Shown piece by piece: positions 63,385-64,000 of a stretch of 64,000 nt of DNA (positions are counted from its first letter, which is position 1; the number at the start of each line of letters is the position of its first letter). This DNA is from Chiloscyllium plagiosum (taxonomy: Eukaryota). The translations under genes and the position numbers were made by a program. The stretch covers positions 59,533,669 to 59,597,668 of the forward strand of contig NC_057719.1 in assembly GCF_004010195.1 (NCBI RefSeq). Direction: 5' to 3'. The notes beneath the pieces were generated by a model. It saw nothing but the letters and a program-made list of their open reading frames with translations, was not told where the DNA came from and searched no databases.

Positions 63385-63695
63385 CCTTCCCATCCCCCAA
63401 CTCCCTTTCCAGCCCCTCCTCCCTTCCATTCCTCTGACTGACCCTTCCTTCCAGCTATCAACCAGATTCATTCCTCCCATTGGCCAACCAGGCCGTATCC
63501 TCTACCTGTGTTCACCTATCATTACCTCACCACATAGCCTCTCTCCCCACCCAAAACCCACCCCCACCGCCCCCCTTTATCTGCAGCTCCCCTCATCCCC
63601 AGTTCTGAAGAAGGGTTATACCTGAAACATTGACTTCTCCACCTTCTGATTCTGCCTTGCTTGCTGTGTTCTTCCAACCTCCTGCTTGTCTACCT
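63385..63695 (+). mobile_element. PLE 3'/pLTR fragment of a second family, with hammerhead-like core (63605-63631)
   Basis: C-rich 3' region, then AGTT-CTGAAGA-A-GGGT TAT ACCT-GAAA-CATT-GACT. Confidence 0.75.
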
Positions 63696-63722
63696 CCTTG
63701 GGCTAGTCAGCCCTTTATCATG

Positions 63723-63930
63723 AGTTATGGACCAGACCAAAGCCCTTCAAAGTGTATTAAGAAGACAGCCTATATCCAATTTTTTTCTTATTTTAGAAGG
63801 CAAGTGTAAGGAATTGTGTTCCGAATGCAGTTCCATTGGTCAAACTAACAGGCTTGAAATAAAACATACATTATTCTTATACTACAGTTAAAATACAGAC
63901 AAAATAAAAAAAGCTTAACTGTAATTCTGT
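63723..63930 (-). mobile_element. LTR 3'-end fragment (17184-17818 family)
   Basis: Reverse complement resembles ...ggtctgatccatgaca and the upstream LTR sequence. Confidence 0.65.
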
Positions 63931-64000
63931 TGAAGCACAGGTAGACAACCCTTTATCTGAAATCCCAAAGTCCAAAAAAGCTCCAAAATCTGAAGGTTTT

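Noticed and set aside
63037..63437. Overlapping 110-118 aa ORFs near the window end
   Set aside because: No recognisable homology or convincing splice sites.

Overview
Vertebrate genomic DNA, most likely a shark or other elasmobranch (inferred from HE1-type V-SINEs and the CR1 families). One protein-coding gene is supported: cofilin-2 (cfl2) on the + strand, with four exons (ATG 21135-21137, 22456-22763, 22882-22958, 23044-23168; 170 aa), a CpG-island promoter and a long 3'UTR with two AATAAA signals. Most of the rest is transposable-element sequence: many CR1 LINEs (one with an uninterrupted 495-aa RT C-terminus), HE1 SINEs, Gypsy remnants and solo LTRs (one with Gmr1-like domain order), a Tx1/L1-like remnant, and Penelope-like elements (PLEs). 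The most interesting signal is a set of about 10 PLE terminal-repeat (pLTR) copies carrying a minimal hammerhead-ribozyme core (CTGANGA-hairpin-GAAA-YRTY). Several are non-coding inserts of about 85-280 bp with 8-15 bp target-site duplications, often with inverted or foldback ends. Two of them appear to have inserted independently at the same site in the CR1 RT coding sequence. TE boundaries were read by eye and are approximate unless TSD coordinates are given.
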